A stretch of DNA of 64,000 nt from an uncultured delta proteobacterium (GCA_963816395.1 CAWFKQ010000005.1:463648-527647), one strand, 5' to 3'; positions 19,864-31,735 are shown, numbered from the stretch's first letter. Numbers and translations: made by a program. Notes: generated by a model from the sequence alone, not told the origin.

Positions 19864-20477
19864 ATGACCCTGAATGAAATCAGCAGCGCGCTCGCTGCCC
19901 ATCAACCACGGACCGCCTCCGTACCCGACCGGCGCCAGGGAGCGGTGGCCATGCTGTTGCGGGAAGCACCCGCCGCCCCGGAAATGCTCTTCATCGAACG
20001 GGCCCTGTGCCCTGGCGATCCCTGGTCCGGCGACCTCGGTTTCCCGGGCGGCAAAATGGAGCCGGAAGATGGTCATCCCCGGCAGGCGGCAGAACGGGAA
20101 GTGCTGGAAGAGATCGGCCTCTCCCTGGCCGGCGCCCGTTTTCTCGGCCGGCTGGACGATATCACCGGCGATCGGCTGCCGATCATCGTCTCCTGCTTTG
20201 TCTATGCGCTCGGCAATCCTCCCCCCTGACCCTCACCGAAGAGGTGGTAACGGCCTTCTGGGTGCCGCTGACGGATCTTCTCGACCCGGCCCGGCACCTG
20301 GAGACAACCGTCCGCTTCGGGCGGGAGCCTCTGGTCCGCCCGGCCATCCGCCTGCTCCCCCCGGGCCGCCGGGTGCTATGGGGACTCACCTATCGGCTGG
20401 TCCAGCAGTTCCTCGAACTGATGGGGCATCGGCTCGGTGAGACCGGGCTGGATTCTTTCAATCTGTCCTCCTCATGA
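19864..20477 (+). CDS. Nudix hydrolase (CoA pyrophosphatase-like), frameshifted near 20225
   Basis: DPWSGDLGFPGG, Nudix box AEREVLEEIG, LWGLTY; frame change in a C-homopolymer. Confidence 0.85.
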
Positions 20478-20498
20478 TAGATAAGTCCGGACATCCCG

Positions 20499-20810
20499 AT
20501 GAGTCGGCCGGTTGTGCCAGCGGGCTGGGAACAGCTCTGCCGGCGCTGCGGCCGGTGCTGTTTTGAAAAATGGGTAGAGAGAAACGGCGCTATCCGCTTC
20601 ACCCGCATCCCCTGCCGCCATCTCGACGTGGTCAGTCGTGAGTGCCGGGTCTATGCCAAACGCCTGGAGGTCGGCGAGGGGTGCGTCCGGCTCACCCCGG
20701 AGAATCTCCCGGAACTGCACTGGCTCCCCGCTGAATGCGCCTACGTGGAGTTTATCCTCGGCCGCCAGCGGGAGGCCGGCAGCCGGCGAAAGAAAAAAAG
20801 GAAACCTTAG
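20499..20810 (+). CDS. YcgN/YkgJ-like cysteine-cluster protein
   Basis: WEQLCRRCGRCC, PCRHLD, CRVY, WLPAECAY. Confidence 0.8.
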   Translation: MSRPVVPAGWEQLCRRCGRCCFEKWVERNGAIRFTRIPCRHLDVVSRECRVYAKRLEVGEGCVRLTPENLPELHWLPAECAYVEFILGRQREAGSRRKKKRKP

Positions 20811-20814
20811 CCGC

Positions 20815-22110
20815 ATGCAGATGGTCGCCAAAAAGAAAGCCTGGTTCGGCTGGTGCATGTACGACTGGGCCAACAGCAGCTTCGCCACGGTGATCATGGC
20901 TGCCGTTTTTCCCGTCTATTTCGCCGCCATCATCCCGGCCGGCGGCGCCCAACTCTCCCTGTTCGGTTTTGCCCGCACCCTCCCGGCCGCCGCCCTCTGG
21001 GGCTACCTCGTCTCCGCCTCCATGCTGGCGGTAGCCTTTTCCGCCCCCTATCTCGGCGCCCTGGCCGACCACCGGCGGGGCCGGCATCGATTTCTCGTCT
21101 TCTTCACCATCATCGGAGCTGCCGCCACCGGCGCCTTGGCCCTGGCCGGTCCCGGGGACTACCTGCTGGCCGGCGCCCTCTTCATTCTGGCCAACTTCTG
21201 CTTCGCCTCCGGCAACGTCTTTTACAATGCCTTTTTGCCGGCCCTGGCCGGCGAGGGGGAAATCGACCGGCTCTCGGCGAGGGGATTCGCTTTCGGTTAT
21301 CTCGGCGGCGGTCTGCTGCTGACGGTGGTCTTCCTCCTCATCCAATGGCCCGGTGCCTTCGGCCTCGCCGGCGCCGGCGCCGCCACCCGCCTGGGACTGC
21401 TGCTTACCGGCCTGTGGTGGGGGCTCTTCGCCCTGCCGACGTTCGCCTGGGTCCGCGAGGAGACCTTGCCCCAGCCGCCGGGGCCGCTGCAGACAGGCCT
21501 GCGCGGTTACCTGCGGACCTTCGCCGAGATCCGCGGCTACCGCGACCTGCTCCTCTTCCTGTTGGCCTTCCTGCTCTACAACGACGGCATCCAGACGGTC
21601 ATCACCGTCTCCGCCATTTTCGCCAAGGAGGAACTGGGGCTTTCCCAGGGGAGCATCCTCGGCTGCTTTCTGATGATCCAGTTCGTCGCCATGCCCGGCG
21701 CCCTGCTCTTCGGCCGCCTGGCTGAACGCATCGGGGCGAAGCGGGCGGTGCTCTGCAGCCTGCTGCTGTTCACCGCGGTAACCGTCTATGCCTTCTTCAT
21801 CCGGAAAGAATGGCAGTTCTGGCTGCTCGCGTTCGTCGTCGCCATCATCCTCGGCGGCAGCCAGTCGATCAGCCGCTCCCTCTACGGAACCCTCATCCCG
21901 CCGGGGAAGAATGCAAAATTCTTCGGCTTCTACGCGGTAAGCAACAAATTCTCCTCGATTCTCGGCCCCTTCCTGTTCGCCCTGGTCACCGACCTGACGC
22001 GTTCGGCCCGCCTCTCCATCCTGGCCATCTCCGGATTTTTTCTGCTCGGCATGGCGCTGCTGGCCGGAGTGAACGTCGAACGGGGCAAACTCCTTGTCCG
22101 CCGGAGCTGA
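20815..22110 (+). CDS. MFS transporter (UMF1/Atg22-like)
   Basis: WCMYDWANS, FYNAFLP, LYNDG, GGSQSISRS; about 12 TM. Confidence 0.9.
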   Translation: MQMVAKKKAWFGWCMYDWANSSFATVIMAAVFPVYFAAIIPAGGAQLSLFGFARTLPAAALWGYLVSASMLAVAFSAPYLGALADHRRGRHRFLVFFTIIGAAATGALALAGPGDYLLAGALFILANFCFASGNVFYNAFLPALAGEGEIDRLSARGFAFGYLGGGLLLTVVFLLIQWPGAFGLAGAGAATRLGLLLTGLWWGLFALPTFAWVREETLPQPPGPLQTGLRGYLRTFAEIRGYRDLLLFLLAFLLYNDGIQTVITVSAIFAKEELGLSQGSILGCFLMIQFVAMPGALLFGRLAERIGAKRAVLCSLLLFTAVTVYAFFIRKEWQFWLLAFVVAIILGGSQSISRSLYGTLIPPGKNAKFFGFYAVSNKFSSILGPFLFALVTDLTRSARLSILAISGFFLLGMALLAGVNVERGKLLVRRS

Positions 22111-22111
22111 C

Positions 22112-22916
22112 ATGAACTCTCGCTATCTGGACCCGCAACCGCCGCGCCTCTTTGCCCACCGTGGGAGCAGCGCCGATCATCCGGAAAACACCCTCCCCGC
22201 CTTCCGGGCGGCGGTGCAGGCCGGCCTGCCTTATCTTGAGCTGGATGTCTGGGCCACCCGCGACGGCCGGGTGGTGGTCCACCACGACCGCACCCTGCGC
22301 GCCTGTGCGGCCGTTTCCGGCGGGTCTCCACCCTCGATTACGACGACCTGCGGCGGCTGGATGCCGGTTTCGGCTTCTCCCCCGACGACGGCCTGAGCCA
22401 TCCTTTCCGCGGGCGGGGAATCAGCGTCCCGCTGCTGGAGGAAGTGCTGGAGGAGTTTCCCGAGACGCTGCTCAACATCGAGATCAAGCAGGAAAAACCG
22501 GCTATCGAACCCCAGGTGCTGGAGACCGTGCGGCGGGGCGGCGCCGGCGAACGGGTCCTGCTGGCCGCCGAGAGCGACAAGGTGATGCGCCGCCTGCGGC
22601 GCGCCTGCGGCCCCATTCCCACCAGCTGCAGCCGGGGGGAGGTGGCCGCTTTCCTGCAATGGACGCAGGGGAACAGGGAGGGAGAATTCCGGACTCCGGC
22701 GGTAGCCCTGCAGATTCCGGAAACCTACGGCAATATCCGCCTGGTCACTCCGGAAACGGTGCAGGCCGCCCATGCCGTCGGCCTGGAGGTGCATGTCTGG
22801 ACGGTCAACAGGCGGAGGATATGCGGCGGCTGCTGGCGATGGGAGTGGACGGGGTGATGAGCGATCGGCCGGAGCTCCTCGTCCAGGTTGCCGGGGAGCT
22901 TCAGGTCGGGAGATAG
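22112..22916 (+). CDS. Glycerophosphodiester phosphodiesterase, frameshifted
   Basis: AHRG, PENTL, ELDV, HHD, NIEIK, HVWTVN, GVDGVMSDRP across frames. Confidence 0.85.
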
Positions 22917-23102
22917 GAAATGCTTTAACCTGGAAAAAGCATTCGAACACGGATCAAATCTGCTTCAGACGACTGATCAAACCCGGAATGATGTCCATGC
23001 CTTTGATCTATCCGATTCTATCCCGATCTTATCCGTGGCTAATTGCCGTTTTTAGTTTCAGGCAGCTTTGAAATCGTCGGCGCGAGCAGCCGCCGTTTAC
23101 CG

Positions 23103-24009
23103 TCAGTCTCGAACGGCCAGGAAGGGTTCAAAATCGGCGGGGACCGGCGCTTCGATGGTGAGGTCGCTGCCGGAGATCGGGTGCTGCAAGGTCAGTTTCC
23201 AGGCGTGCAGGAGATGCCGGGAAACGGCGACGGTGCGGCCGGCGACGGCAAGGGCGGTCGGCCCGCCGTACAGGGCATCGCCCAGGAGAGGATAGCCCTC
23301 GCCGGCCAGGTGAACGCGGATCTGGTGCGTCCGCCCGGTCTTCGGCCGCGCCTCGACCAAGGCGAAATTCGGCCCCCGGGACAGGGTACAAAAAGCGGTT
23401 GTCGCCGCCTGGCCGCCGGCGCACCCCGCCTCGATCCGCCCGCGGCGGCCGGGGCGGAGAAAATTATCGACGGCGAAGGCGGCGGGAGGATCACCGGCGA
23501 CCAGGGCGAGATAGACCTTCTCCAGCCGCCGGCTGGCGAAAGCCTCGGCCATGCCCCGGTTGGCGGCGTCGGTGAGGGCGAAAAGGAGCACCCCGGAGGT
23601 GTCGGCGTCGAGGCGGTGCAGGAGGATGGGGACGGTGGCATCCCCTTCCCGGCACAGGTAAGCGGTCGCCCAGGAAAGAGCGTCCGGTTGGCCGGCGATA
23701 TTGCGGTGGGCGGGAAGCCCGGCAGGCTTGTCCAAAGCCAGCAGCTGATCGGTCGCGAAAGAGCACGACCGGCTCCGGCGCCGGAACGGCAGCCGATGCC
23801 TGTTCGAGGGTGACCGCCACCGTCTCCGTCCCGCTCAGCAGATGGCCGGCGCGCCGCACCACCTGCCGATCGATGAAGACGCGGCCGGCGTCGAGGGCTT
23901 GCTTGACCACTTTGCGCGACAGCCGGAGGCTTTGCGCCAGAAAGATATCCAGGCGCAGGCCAGCCGCCGCCGCGTCGACAGCCACAATCTGCCGGCGACC
24001 GCCCCTCAC
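23103..24009 (-). CDS. RluA/RluD-family pseudouridine synthase with S4 domain, frameshifted
   Basis: S4 RLDIFLA; DKPAG, HRLDADTSG, TGRTHQIRVH, LHA. Confidence 0.88.
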
Positions 24010-25289
24010 GCCACCTCCCCGCGCAGACCGGCCGCCGTCCAGGCGGTGACCCGCACCGGCACCACCTCCCCTTCCCCGGCCAGGCCGGGGAAAAGCACCG
24101 TCAGGTAGTTGCGGCTCATGCCGCGGCACAGTCCCTCCTTCTTTCCCTTTTCCACCACCACCTCCAGGACCTCGCCGATGAAGCGGCGGCCGAAGGCGGC
24201 GTTCTTCGTCTCACCGAGCCGCCGCAGGGCGGCGGCGCGTTCCCGGATGACCACCCCGGGGACCTGTTCGGGCATGCTCGCCGCCGGCGTGCCGGGGCGG
24301 CGGCTGATAGGGGAAGACGTGCAGGTGTGAAAACGGCAATTCCTCGAGCAGTCGGCAGGTATTGGCGAACTCCGCCTCCGTCTCCCCGGGAAAACCGGCG
24401 ATCACGTCCAGGCCGACAGCCGCGTCGGGGAGGCGGGCGTGAATCGCGGTCGCCAGTTCGCGGAAGAAGGTACGGTCATAATGGCGGTTCATCCGCCGCA
24501 GCACCGCATCGTCGCCAGCCTGCAGGGGTATATGGAAATGGGGACAGAGGACCGGTGAGACGGCCACTGCCTCGATGAGGGATAGGGGATATCTCCGTCG
24601 GCTCCAGGGAACCCAGGCGCAGACGGCCGATGCCGCCCTGCTGCTCGATACTCCGCACCAGCGCCAGCAGGTCGGCGGGCGGCTGCAGGTCGGCGCCATA
24701 GCCGCCGATATGGATGCCGGTGAGGACGAGTCTCCGGGTAGCCGGCGGCCAGCCGCCGGACCTGGGCGAGGACTTCGGCGGGAGGCACCGAGCGGCTGGC
24801 GCCCCGGGCATAGGGGATGATGCAGTAGGAACAGAAGGCGTCGCAGCCGTTCTGGATCTGGACGAAGGCCCGGCTGCGGCCGGCAAAGGAGGAGAGCGCC
24901 GGCGGCAGGGACGGCGGGCCGGCCCGGCGGGGCTCGGCGACGCGCACCCGCTCTCCCGCCGCCAGATGGCGCAGCAGGTCGCGCTTCTCCTCATTCCCCA
25001 GCACCAGCGCCACCCCCGGCAGGGACTGCAGGGCACCCGGATCGACCTGGGCGTAGCAGCCGGTCACGACCACCCGGCAGCCGGCGTTCAGGCGCTGGGC
25101 GCGGCGCACCAGGTTGCGCGATTGGGCATCGGTGGCGGCGGTCACCGTACAGGTGTTCACTACCACCAGCTCCGCCCCCGCCTCGAAGGGGACCAGCCGG
25201 TAGCCGGCCGCCCGCAGGCTCTCCTCCAGGGCCGCCGATTCGAACTGGTTGGTCTTGCAGCCCAGGGTGGCGATGGAAACGGTCTTCAT
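24006..25289 (-). CDS. mtaB: tRNA t6A37 methylthiotransferase MtaB, frameshifted
   Basis: [28 protein letters not shown] radical-SAM motif, HIPLQAG, GFPGETE. Confidence 0.88.
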
Positions 25290-26369
25290 TCGATCCAGCC
25301 GCCCCCCAGCACCCGCTCGCCATCATAAAAGACGGCGGCCTGGCCCGGGGTTACCCCGCGCTGCGGTTCGGCGAAGTTCACCCTGGCCCGGCCGTCGGGC
25401 AAGGGCGTGAGGGTGGCCGGCACTTCCTGCTGCCGGTAGCGGATACGACAGGCGGCCTGCAGAGGGGCGGCAGGCACCCGGCCGGTCCAGTTGACCCCGT
25501 GCACCGTGAGTTCCGCTGTCGCCAGGCACTTCTCCTCGCCGACCAGCACCCGTTTGCGTCCGGCATCGATGCCGACGACGTACAGCGGCTGCGGCCAGGC
25601 GATCCCGAGCCCGCGCCGCTGACCGATGGTATAGCGGTAGGTCCCCCGGTGCCGCCCCAGCACCTCGCCCGAGACATGGACGATTTCGCCGTCCATGCCG
25701 CCGGCGCCGCGCTCTTCTTCCAGGAAGCGCACGTAATCGCCGTCCGGCACGAAGCAGATGTCCTGGCTCTCCGCCTTCTCCGCCACCCGCAACTGCAGGC
25801 GGGCGGCGTGGGCGCGCACCTCTTCCTTGCGTCATCCCCCCCAGGGGAAAGCGCACCCGCTCCATCTGCTCCCGGGTCAGGGTGAAGAGGAAGTAACTCT
25901 GGTCCTTTCCGCGGTCGATACCCTGGCACAGGGCTGGACCAGCCGCTTCCTCAATGATGCGGGCGTAATGGCCGGTAGCGAGTAGATCGGCCTCCAGTTC
26001 GCGCGCCCGGCGCAGCAGCAGGTCGAATTTCAGCACCTGGTTGCACAGGACGCAGGGGTTGGGGGTGCGGCCGGCGAAATAGTCGTCACAGAAACGATCG
26101 ATCACCTGCCGCTGAAAGTCCTTCTCAAAATTGATGACGTAAAAGGGAATGTCCAGCGATTCGGCCACCCGGCGCGCATCGTAGACGTCGTCGAGGGAGC
26201 AGCAGGTACCGAAGGTCTCGCCATGCCCGGCAGTGAAACGGGAATAGTCCCAGATCTGCATGGTCATGCCGATCACCTCATGCCCCTGCTCCTTCAGCAG
26301 GGCCGCGGTCACCGACGAGTCGACCCCGCCGCTCATGGCGACGACGATGCGTTTTTTCTGTTCAGCCAT
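25286..26369 (-). CDS. mnmA: tRNA 2-thiouridylase MnmA, frameshifted
   Basis: [48 protein letters not shown]. Confidence 0.93.
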
Positions 26370-26398
26370 AAGCTGTAAATGGTCGCACCAGAGAGATT

Positions 26399-26460
26399 GT
26401 AGGGGCACGGCGTGCCGTGCCCCTACGGTTTCATGGAGCACGGCGCGCTCGTGCCCCTAC
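26399..26460. repeat. GTAG-family REP palindromes (one intact, one degenerate)
   Basis: GTAGGGGCACGGC-GT-GCCGTGCCCCTAC (26399-26426) and GGAGCACGGCGCGCTCGTGCCCCTAC (26435-26460) in the iscU-mnmA spacer. Confidence 0.75.
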
Positions 26461-26489
26461 GGCAAGAACAAAGACCGGGGTCAACCCGT

Positions 26490-26859
26490 TTAACCTTGCT
26501 TCTCCCGGTAAGTTCTTGATCGCCTCGTGCAGAGCGTCGGCCGCCAGATTGGAGCAGTGCATCTTCTGCGCCGGCAGTCCGTCGAGCGCCTCGGCGACGG
26601 CGGCGTTGGTCAGTTCCAGCGCTTCCTCCAGGGTCTTTCCCATGGCCATTTCCGTGACCATGGAGGAGGTAGCGATCGCCGCACCGCAGCCGAAGGTCTT
26701 GAACTTGATATCCCGAATGACGCCGTCCTCGATCTTGAGGAAGATCTTCATGATATCTCCGCAGGAGGCGTTACCCACCTCCCCCACCCCATTGGCGTCG
26801 GCAATCTCCCCGACATTGCGGGGGTTGGTGAAATGGTCCATGACTTTTTCGGAATACAT
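26490..26859 (-). CDS. iscU: Fe-S cluster scaffold IscU/NifU-N
   Basis: MDHFTNPRNVG, CGD, FGCG, HCS. Removing one T gives a natural end IKNYREKQG* at 26490. Confidence 0.92.
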
Positions 26860-26877
26860 GTGAACTCCTTGAGAATC

Positions 26878-26960
26878 GTAATATGTAATCTGTGATCGGT
26901 GACAGGTGAAAAAGCGAACCAGTCTCCCCTATTACTTATCACATCTTACTGGTTACGTCT
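26878..26960. repeat. Inverted array of degenerate heptamer repeats
   Basis: GTAATAT GTAATCT GTGATCG GTGACAG GTGAAAA ... ATTACTT ATCACAT CTTACTG GTTACGT. Confidence 0.6.
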
Positions 26961-26967
26961 TAAGATT

Positions 26968-28180
26968 TCAGACCCGTTTGACCACACTGCATTCCTCGCA
27001 GCTCATCGGCTCTTTGCGATTGTACAGAGGACTCATCTCCCTCAGACGCTGGACCATGGGAGGCAGGACCTCAAGGACGAAATCGACCTCCTCCTCGCTG
27101 TTCTCCGGTCCCAGGCTGAAGCGGGTGCTGGAGTGGGCCAGGGTGACTTCGACGCACATGGCGCCCATCACGTGCGAAGGCTCGAGGGAGCCGGAAGTGC
27201 AGGCCGACCCCGAGGAGGCGGCAATTCCTTTCATGTCGAGGTTGAGCAGCAGGGACTCTCCCTCGATATAGGCGAAGCTGATATTCAGGGTATTCGGCAG
27301 GCGAATTTGCGGATGGCCATTGAGTTTGATCTGCGGAATCCGTTCGAAGAGCCCCCGCTCCAGTCGGTCACGAAGCTGCGCCACCCGCTCCATCTTCACC
27401 GGCAGTTCCTGGCCGGCCAGTTCGCAGGCAAGTCCCAGGCCGGCAATGCCGGCCACGTTGTGAGTGCCGGCGCGCCGGTTGCGTTCCTGATGCCCGCCGT
27501 GTATCAGCGGTACCATCCTGGTTCCCCGGCGGATATAGATGGCGCCGACCCCTTTCGGAGCGCCGAGCTTGTGCCCGGAGAGGACGAGCAGGTCGACATT
27601 GGCCTGCTGCACGTCGACCGGGATCTTCCCCAGCGCCTGCACCGCATCGGTGTGCAGCCGGACCCCGTTCCGGCGGGCAATGGCGCCGATCTCCTCAATG
27701 GGGAAAAATGGTGCCGGTCTCGTTATTTGCCCACATGACGGAGATCAGAATGGTCCGGGGGGTGATCGCCGCTTCCAGATCGGCCAGGTCAAGCATCCCG
27801 TCCGCATCGACCGGCAGATAGGTCACCTCGAATCCCTGTTTTTCCATGAACTTGCAGGTATTGAGCACGGCCGGGTGCTCGACCGCAGTGGTAATGATGT
27901 GATTCCCCTTGTCGCGCAGCGCGTCGGCCGTTCCCTTGATGGCGAAATCGTCCCCCTCGCTGCCGCAGGAGGTGAAGACGATTTCCGCCGGCGAACAGTT
28001 GATCAGTTTCGCCACCTGCTCGCGTGCCTTCTCCACCGCACCAGCGACCGCTCGCCCGGCCCAGTGCACGCTCGAGGGATTGCCGAACTGCTCGCGGAAG
28101 AAAGGGAGCATCACCTCCAGCACCTCCGGCCGCACGGCGGTGGTGGCGTTATTGTCCATGTAGATGTGTTTCACTGGCAT
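26968..28180 (-). CDS. iscS: Cysteine desulfurase IscS/NifS, frameshifted near 27697
   Basis: YMDNNATT, GNPSS, VEHPAV, ANNETG, SGHK (PLP Lys), SSGSACTS. Confidence 0.93.
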
Positions 28181-28205
28181 CCTCCTCAATCGAGCTGGCT
28201 AAAGC

Positions 28206-28268
28206 GTAATCTGCAATCAGTGATGGGTGACAGGTGCAGGTCCTTACATGTCACACATCACTCATTAC
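28206..28268. repeat. Inverted array of degenerate heptamer repeats
   Basis: GTAATCT GCAATCA GTGATGG GTGACAG GTGCAGG ... CTTACAT GTCACAC ATCACTC ATTAC; shares GGTGACAGGTG with the 26878 array. Confidence 0.6.
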
Positions 28269-28696
28269 ACATTGCGCCTCTGAAGTTTTTGCCGGGCTTC
28301 CACCGTCAGGTCCTCGAGAGTGATCGAAGCAAGGAACTGGCGGATACGGTCCCCGAGCCCCTGCCAGACGCTGTGGGTGGTGCACTCGTCGGCGCAGGCG
28401 CATCCCCTGCGATCCTCCATACAGGAGACCGGAATCAGGGTTTCTTCCACGCTGTCGATAATTTCGTCGACACGGATCTGTGCCGCCGGTCGGGCCAGGA
28501 TATAACCCCCGCCCGGACCGCGGATACTGTCGACGATCCCCCCGCGACGCAGCTTGACAAACAGCTGCTCCAGATAATTGAGGGAAATCTCTTCCCGGAC
28601 GGAAATGGCGCGGATGGAAACGGGCGAATTATCGGCTTGCAGATTAAGGCTCACCATGGCCCGCACGGCGTACTGGGCCTTGGTTGAAAGTCGCAT
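28265..28696 (-). CDS. iscR: Rrf2-family Fe-S cluster regulator IscR
   Basis: [27 protein letters not shown], Cys-rich C-x6-C-x-C-x3-C-x2-H; upstream of iscS. Confidence 0.88.
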   Translation of the reverse strand: MRLSTKAQYAVRAMVSLNLQADNSPVSIRAISVREEISLNYLEQLFVKLRRGGIVDSIRGPGGGYILARPAAQIRVDEIIDSVEETLIPVSCMEDRRGCACADECTTHSVWQGLGDRIRQFLASITLEDLTVEARQKLQRRNV

Positions 28697-29396
28697 CGGC
28701 TTTCTCGTCCTCCTGGGATTCGCTGGGGTTAAGTTGCCGGCGCAGCCGCTCCTGCTCTTCCGTGAGTTCCCTGACCCGGTCTTCCAGCACCCGGATCTGG
28801 TCAAAAAGACAGGCGATTGCCTTGGCTTCCGGATCCGGCAGCCGGCCATGCTCGAGATCGACCTTTCTTTCTTCCTTCTGATCGCCGGCCATCACCACCC
28901 GGCCGGGAACGCCGACCACGGTCGAGTTGGGCGGCACTTCTTTGACCACCACCGAGTTGGAGCCGATCTTGCTGTTGTCGCCAACCGTGAAAGGACCGAG
29001 GATCTTGGCACCGGAGCCGATGATCACGTTGCTGCCGAGCGTTGGATGGCGCTTTTCCTTGGCCCATGAGGTCCCGCCGAGGGTGACGCCGTGATAGAGG
29101 GTGCAGTTGTCGCCGATCTCCGCCGTCTCTCCGATCACCACCCCCATCCCGTGGTCGATAAAGAAACCCCGGCCGATCCTGGCCCCCGGGTGGATCTCGA
29201 TGCCGGTCAGAAAGCGTCCGAGGTGGGAGAGGAAACGAGCGGGGAAATGCAGCCCCAAGTCCCACAAGCGGTGGGCCGCCCGATGAAAGAGCATGGCGTG
29301 GAACCCGGGATAGCAGAAGATAATTTCGAGCACGCTGCGCACGGCCGGATCGCGCTCGAAAACCACCCGGAAATCTTCTCTCAGGCTCTGGAACAC
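28644..29396 (-). CDS. cysE: Serine O-acetyltransferase
   Basis: [29 protein letters not shown], hexapeptide repeats, LPDP. GTG start after AGGAG. Confidence 0.93.
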   Translation of the reverse strand: MFQSLREDFRVVFERDPAVRSVLEIIFCYPGFHAMLFHRAAHRLWDLGLHFPARFLSHLGRFLTGIEIHPGARIGRGFFIDHGMGVVIGETAEIGDNCTLYHGVTLGGTSWAKEKRHPTLGSNVIIGSGAKILGPFTVGDNSKIGSNSVVVKEVPPNSTVVGVPGRVVMAGDQKEERKVDLEHGRLPDPEAKAIACLFDQIRVLEDRVRELTEEQERLRRQLNPSESQEDEKADATFNQGPVRRAGHGEP

Positions 29397-29443
29397 GGCA
29401 CACTTCTCCTCTCGGTAGCATTCCCCGACTGGGGATACGTTAA

Positions 29444-29476
29444 GCGATAACATACCTGAGCAAAACTGTCAATTAA
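29444..29476 (-). promoter_or_regulatory. Promoter of the cysE-iscRSU operon overlapped by an IscR type-1-like operator
   Basis: Minus strand TTGACA-17-TATCGC. ATACCTGAGCAAAACTGTCAATTAA (29452-29476) matches ATASYYGACTRWWWYAGTCRRSTAT at 20/25 positions by manual count. Confidence 0.7.
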
Positions 29477-29642
29477 TTTTGCCATGCACATGGGGAAGCG
29501 GGGGGAGGGCGAATCAGGCGGGTTTGAATAGGGTCAAAATAAATCGGCGTCCTTCGCCGGGGGAGCTCTCTGCCCAGCTGCGGCCCTCTCCGCCGCTATC
29601 GGATCAGCTGATCGTCATCCACGAGGAGAGCGGTCGGCATGA

Positions 29643-29852
29643 TCAATTCCAATTTACCCCTGTCCGATTACCGGAGTCTTTCAGCAGCAGGGCTTCGGCG
29701 GCGGGAAGGTCTTCCTCGGCCACCTGCACCTGCTTCGGTCCAAGCCTTTTTTCCGGCTCCTCCGAGAGAAAATATTCAATACCGCCGTCGTGCAGGATCT
29801 GCTCGACCCGGGCCAGATCCTTCTCGTCCTTCGGATCGTAGAAAAGCACCAT
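29643..29852 (-). CDS. Small DUF2007-like protein
   Basis: GGAGGTG RBS; ILHDGGIEYF...VQVAEEDLPAAEALL. Confidence 0.65.
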   Translation of the reverse strand: MVLFYDPKDEKDLARVEQILHDGGIEYFLSEEPEKRLGPKQVQVAEEDLPAAEALLLKDSGNRTGVNWN

Positions 29853-29996
29853 GGTTTCACCTCCCTTCCCCCTCCATTTTAGCAGATGAGGACCAGGAGG
29901 TGACCGCTCGCTGCGTCGCTTTCCCTCGGTTAGGCATGCAGCTAAATCTGCATGGACGCTCCCAGCGGCAAATGCTTCAGAGCCAGCCGAACGGAA

Positions 29997-31506
29997 CTAG
30001 AGAAAGAGCCGGAAGGCGGGATTCTCCGTCTCCTCGACAAACCGATAGCCGAGATTGGCGAGAAAGCGACGGAAATCCTTCTCCCCGCCGGCGGGGATCT
30101 CCAGGCCGATGAGCACCCGGCCGAAATCCCCCCCCTGCATGCGGTAGTGAAAAAGGGAGATATTCCAGTCGGCGCCCATGGAAGCAAGAAAGCGGGTAAG
30201 GGCGCCGGGTCGTTCGGGGAACCAGAAACGGTAAAGCGCCTCGCGGGTAACCGCCGGCGAGCGCCCGCCGACCATGTAGCGGATATGCGTTTTGGCCAGA
30301 TCATTGTCCGTGAGATCGACGTTCTCGAAGCCTGAATCGGTCAGCTGGCGGCCAAAGGTGAGGCGCTCCTCCGCCTTCCGGATGGAGATGCCGACGAAGA
30401 TGTGGGCCTGGTCGCGGCCGGCCAGCCGGTAATTGAACTCCGTGATGTTGCGATCGCCTACCGCCTCGGCGCAGAAGCGCTTGAGCGCCCCGGGCTGCTC
30501 GGGGATGGTGACGGCGAATATGGCCTCCTGCTTCTCGCCGATCATGGTCCTCTCGGCCACGTAGCGAAGCCGTTCGAAATTCATGTTGGCGCCAGAATTC
30601 ACAGCCACCAGCGTCCGCCCCTGCACCCCGCGTTCCCGGACGTATTTCCTCAGGCCGGCCACTCCCAGAGCGCCGGCTGGCTCGACGATGGAACGGGTCG
30701 CCTGATAGATGCTCTTGATGGCGCCGCACAGCTCATCGGTATCGACCCGGATGACCTCATCGACATAACGCCGGCAATAATCGAAGGTGAGACTCCCCAC
30801 CTCCCGCACCGCCACCCCATCGGCGAAAATGCCCACGGAATCGAGGCTGACCCGGCGCCCCTGCTCCAGGGAACGGCCCATGGCATCACTGTCCGTCGGT
30901 TCGACCCCGATCACCAGCACCTCCGGGCGCAGCGCCTTGAGGTAGGCGGCCATGCCGGCGATCAGCCCGCCGCCGCCCACCGGCACGAAGACGGCGTCGA
31001 ATTTGCCGGCGCTCTGCCGCAGCAGCTCATCCGCCACCGTCCCCTGCCCGGCAATCACCAGTTCGTCGTCGAAGGGATGGATGAAGGTCATCCCGGTCTG
31101 CCGCACCATATCGGCGCAATGATCGGCGGCTTCCGAATAGTTGTCCCCGTGCAGCACCACCTCGGCGCCGTAGCCCTCGACCGCCGCCACCTTGATACCG
31201 GGGAGTGGTGACCGGCATCACGATCACCGCCCGCAGGCCCAGGCGGCGGGCGGAAAAAGCCACCCCCTGGGCGTGGTTGCCGGCGGAGGCGGTGATGATT
31301 CCCCGCCCGCGCTGCTCTTCCGAAAGGTGGGCGATCCTGTTGTAGGCACCACGCAGTTTGAAGGAGAAAACCGGCTGCAGGTCCTCGCGCTTGAGCAGCA
31401 CCCGGTTTCCCAGGTCCCGCGAAAGCACGGCCGCCTCCTCCAGTGGCGTCTCCACCGCCGCCTCGTACACCCTGGAAGTCAGAATGAGCCGGAGCATTTT
31501 CTGCAT
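29997..31506 (-). CDS. ilvA: Threonine ammonia-lyase, biosynthetic, frameshifted near 31195
   Basis: [37 protein letters not shown], two ACT-like domains. Confidence 0.93.
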
Positions 31507-31735
31507 GAAATTAATCCTGCAAGCAAAAAAAAGGAACGGCAGGAATTTACCACACTTCCCCGGAATTTCAGAGAAAAAATTGAAAAGAACAGGGGATAAT
31601 GGCGACAGGTGGAAAAACAAGCTCATGAAGGATAAAGTTACCCTTACCCGTGATTTTGAAATTACCTCTGGCCTCCAGCCCCTCGCCTGATATTAATTTA
31701 ATTACCCTATCGGACTACGGAACCGGAGCCCTGCC

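Noticed and set aside
25286..28180. Pseudogene calls for mnmA, iscU and iscS
   Set aside because: All catalytic motifs are intact and only single-base indels occur, as throughout the window; assembly error is more likely.
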